From assembly GCA_947452985.1 (NCBI GenBank), contig CANGEU010000003.1, forward strand, positions 34,284 to 98,283: 64,000 bases of DNA, in the 5' to 3' direction. Each line of letters opens with the position of its first letter. Within the stretch, counting starts at the first letter, position 1. The position numbers and the translations under genes were made by a program. This document shows, piece after piece, positions 63,212 to 64,000 of the stretch. The stretch is from Micrococcales bacterium. Lineage in GTDB: Bacteria; Actinomycetota; Actinomycetes; Actinomycetales; Microbacteriaceae. The notes beneath the pieces were generated by a model. The model saw only the letters and a program-made list of their open reading frames with translations. It did not search any database and was not told the DNA's origin.

Positions 63212-64000
63212 TTAGGAGTTGTAAGGAGCAACCACGACGTCGACGCGCTGGAATTCCTTCAAGTCGCTGTAGCCGGTGGTGGCCATTGCGCGCTTCAGTG
63301 CACCGATTAGGTTGGTGGTGCCATCTGCCGAAGACGATGGTCCAAGCAAGATCTGCTCGAGAGTTCCCGAGGTTCCAACGTTTACACGGTGACCGCGTGG
63401 AAGTTCCTGGTGGAAAGCTTCCTGACCCCAGTGCCAGCCCTGGCCTGGAGCTTCGGTGGCTCGTGCGAGCACCGAACCAAGCATCACGGCATCGGCACCG
63501 CAGGCAATTGCCTTCACGATGTCGCCCGAGGTTCCAAGACCACCATCGGCGATGACGTGAACGTAGCGGCCTCCCGATTCGTCCATGTAGTCACGGCGAG
63601 CGCCAGCAACGTCGGCGACCGCGGTTGCCATTGGTGCGTGAATTCCTAGAACCTTGCGAGTGGTCGACGCCGCTCCGCCGCCGAAGCCAACGAGTACACC
63701 GGCTGCACCGGTGCGCATTAGGTGAAGTGCTGCGGTGTAGGTCGAGGCCCCACCAACAATTACCGGAACATCGAGTTCGTAAATGAACTGCTTGAGGTTT
63801 AGCGGTTCAGCAGTTTTCGAAACGTGTTCTGCCGAAACAGTGGTTCCACGAATTACAAAAAGGTCAACGCCAGCCTTGATCACAGTCTGGTGGAATTCCG
63901 CGGTGCGCTGCGGTGAAAGGGCACCGGCCACGGTCACTCCGGCATCGCGAATCTGCGCAATACGGTCGCGAATTAGCTCGGCCTTGATTGGCTCTGCGTA
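63212..64000 (-). CDS. guaB3: GuaB3-type IMP-dehydrogenase-related protein, 3' part (5' end beyond the window)
   Basis: The frame is open from the window edge (...PIKAELIRDRIAQIRDAGVTVAGALSPQR...) to the stop at 63212. TIM-barrel IMPDH-like motifs are present (GGASTYTAALHLMRTGAAGVLVG, ADGGLGTSGDIVKAIACGADAVMLG). The track start at 63937 is only an internal GTG. Confidence 0.85.
   Translation of the reverse strand, partial: YAEPIKAELIRDRIAQIRDAGVTVAGALSPQRTAEFHQTVIKAGVDLFVIRGTTVSAEHVSKTAEPLNLKQFIYELDVPVIVGGASTYTAALHLMRTGAAGVLVGFGGGAASTTRKVLGIHAPMATAVADVAGARRDYMDESGGRYVHVIADGGLGTSGDIVKAIACGADAVMLGSVLARATEAPGQGWHWGQEAFHQELPRGHRVNVGTSGTLEQILLGPSSSADGTTNLIGALKRAMATTGYSDLKEFQRVDVVVAPYNS

Overview
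This is a chromosomal segment of an actinobacterium. That assignment is an inference from gene content and order: pcrA / sucC-sucD-perM-like-purN-purH / icd, guaA ... guaB3, and a rib operon behind an FMN riboswitch. An actinorhodopsin-type gene suggests a small planktonic Microbacteriaceae-like lineage. Genes are tightly packed, with many 1-10 nt overlaps and GTG/TTG starts.

Core functions:
- riboflavin synthesis (ribD-ribE-ribBA-ribH)
- C1/purine metabolism (glyA-folD, purU, purH, purN, guaA, guaB3)
- TCA cycle (icd, sucCD)
- kynurenine pathway (kynU-kynA)
- ABC transporters

One third of the window (38350..59670) is a single 21.3-kb ORF. It encodes a 7,106-aa secreted, highly repetitive multidomain protein. 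A second secreted protein (25900..28200) shares its unusual glycine-rich domain.

A light-related cluster sits in a segment bounded by an intact kynA and a decayed kynA 3' remnant. It consists of an unlisted DUF2256 mini-ORF overlapping an FeS-type photolyase/cryptochrome gene, divergent from a DTE-motif proton-pump rhodopsin.

Visibly AT-richer accessory patches carry:
- a hipBA module
- an Abi_2-like gene
- an orphan TaqI-like N6-adenine methyltransferase
- a DUF3800-like gene
- a toxin-like gene pair at the left edge

Gene-fragment scars mark past rearrangements:
- a partial FMN riboswitch plus a ribD fragment, fused to a trpS 3' fragment
- the kynA remnant
- a DUF2200 gene with an in-frame TAA

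No rRNA, tRNA, CRISPR array, transposase or integrase was recognised. All calls come from reading the sequence, the ORF translations and remembered family motifs. No searches were run, and domain boundaries are approximate (about +/-30 nt).
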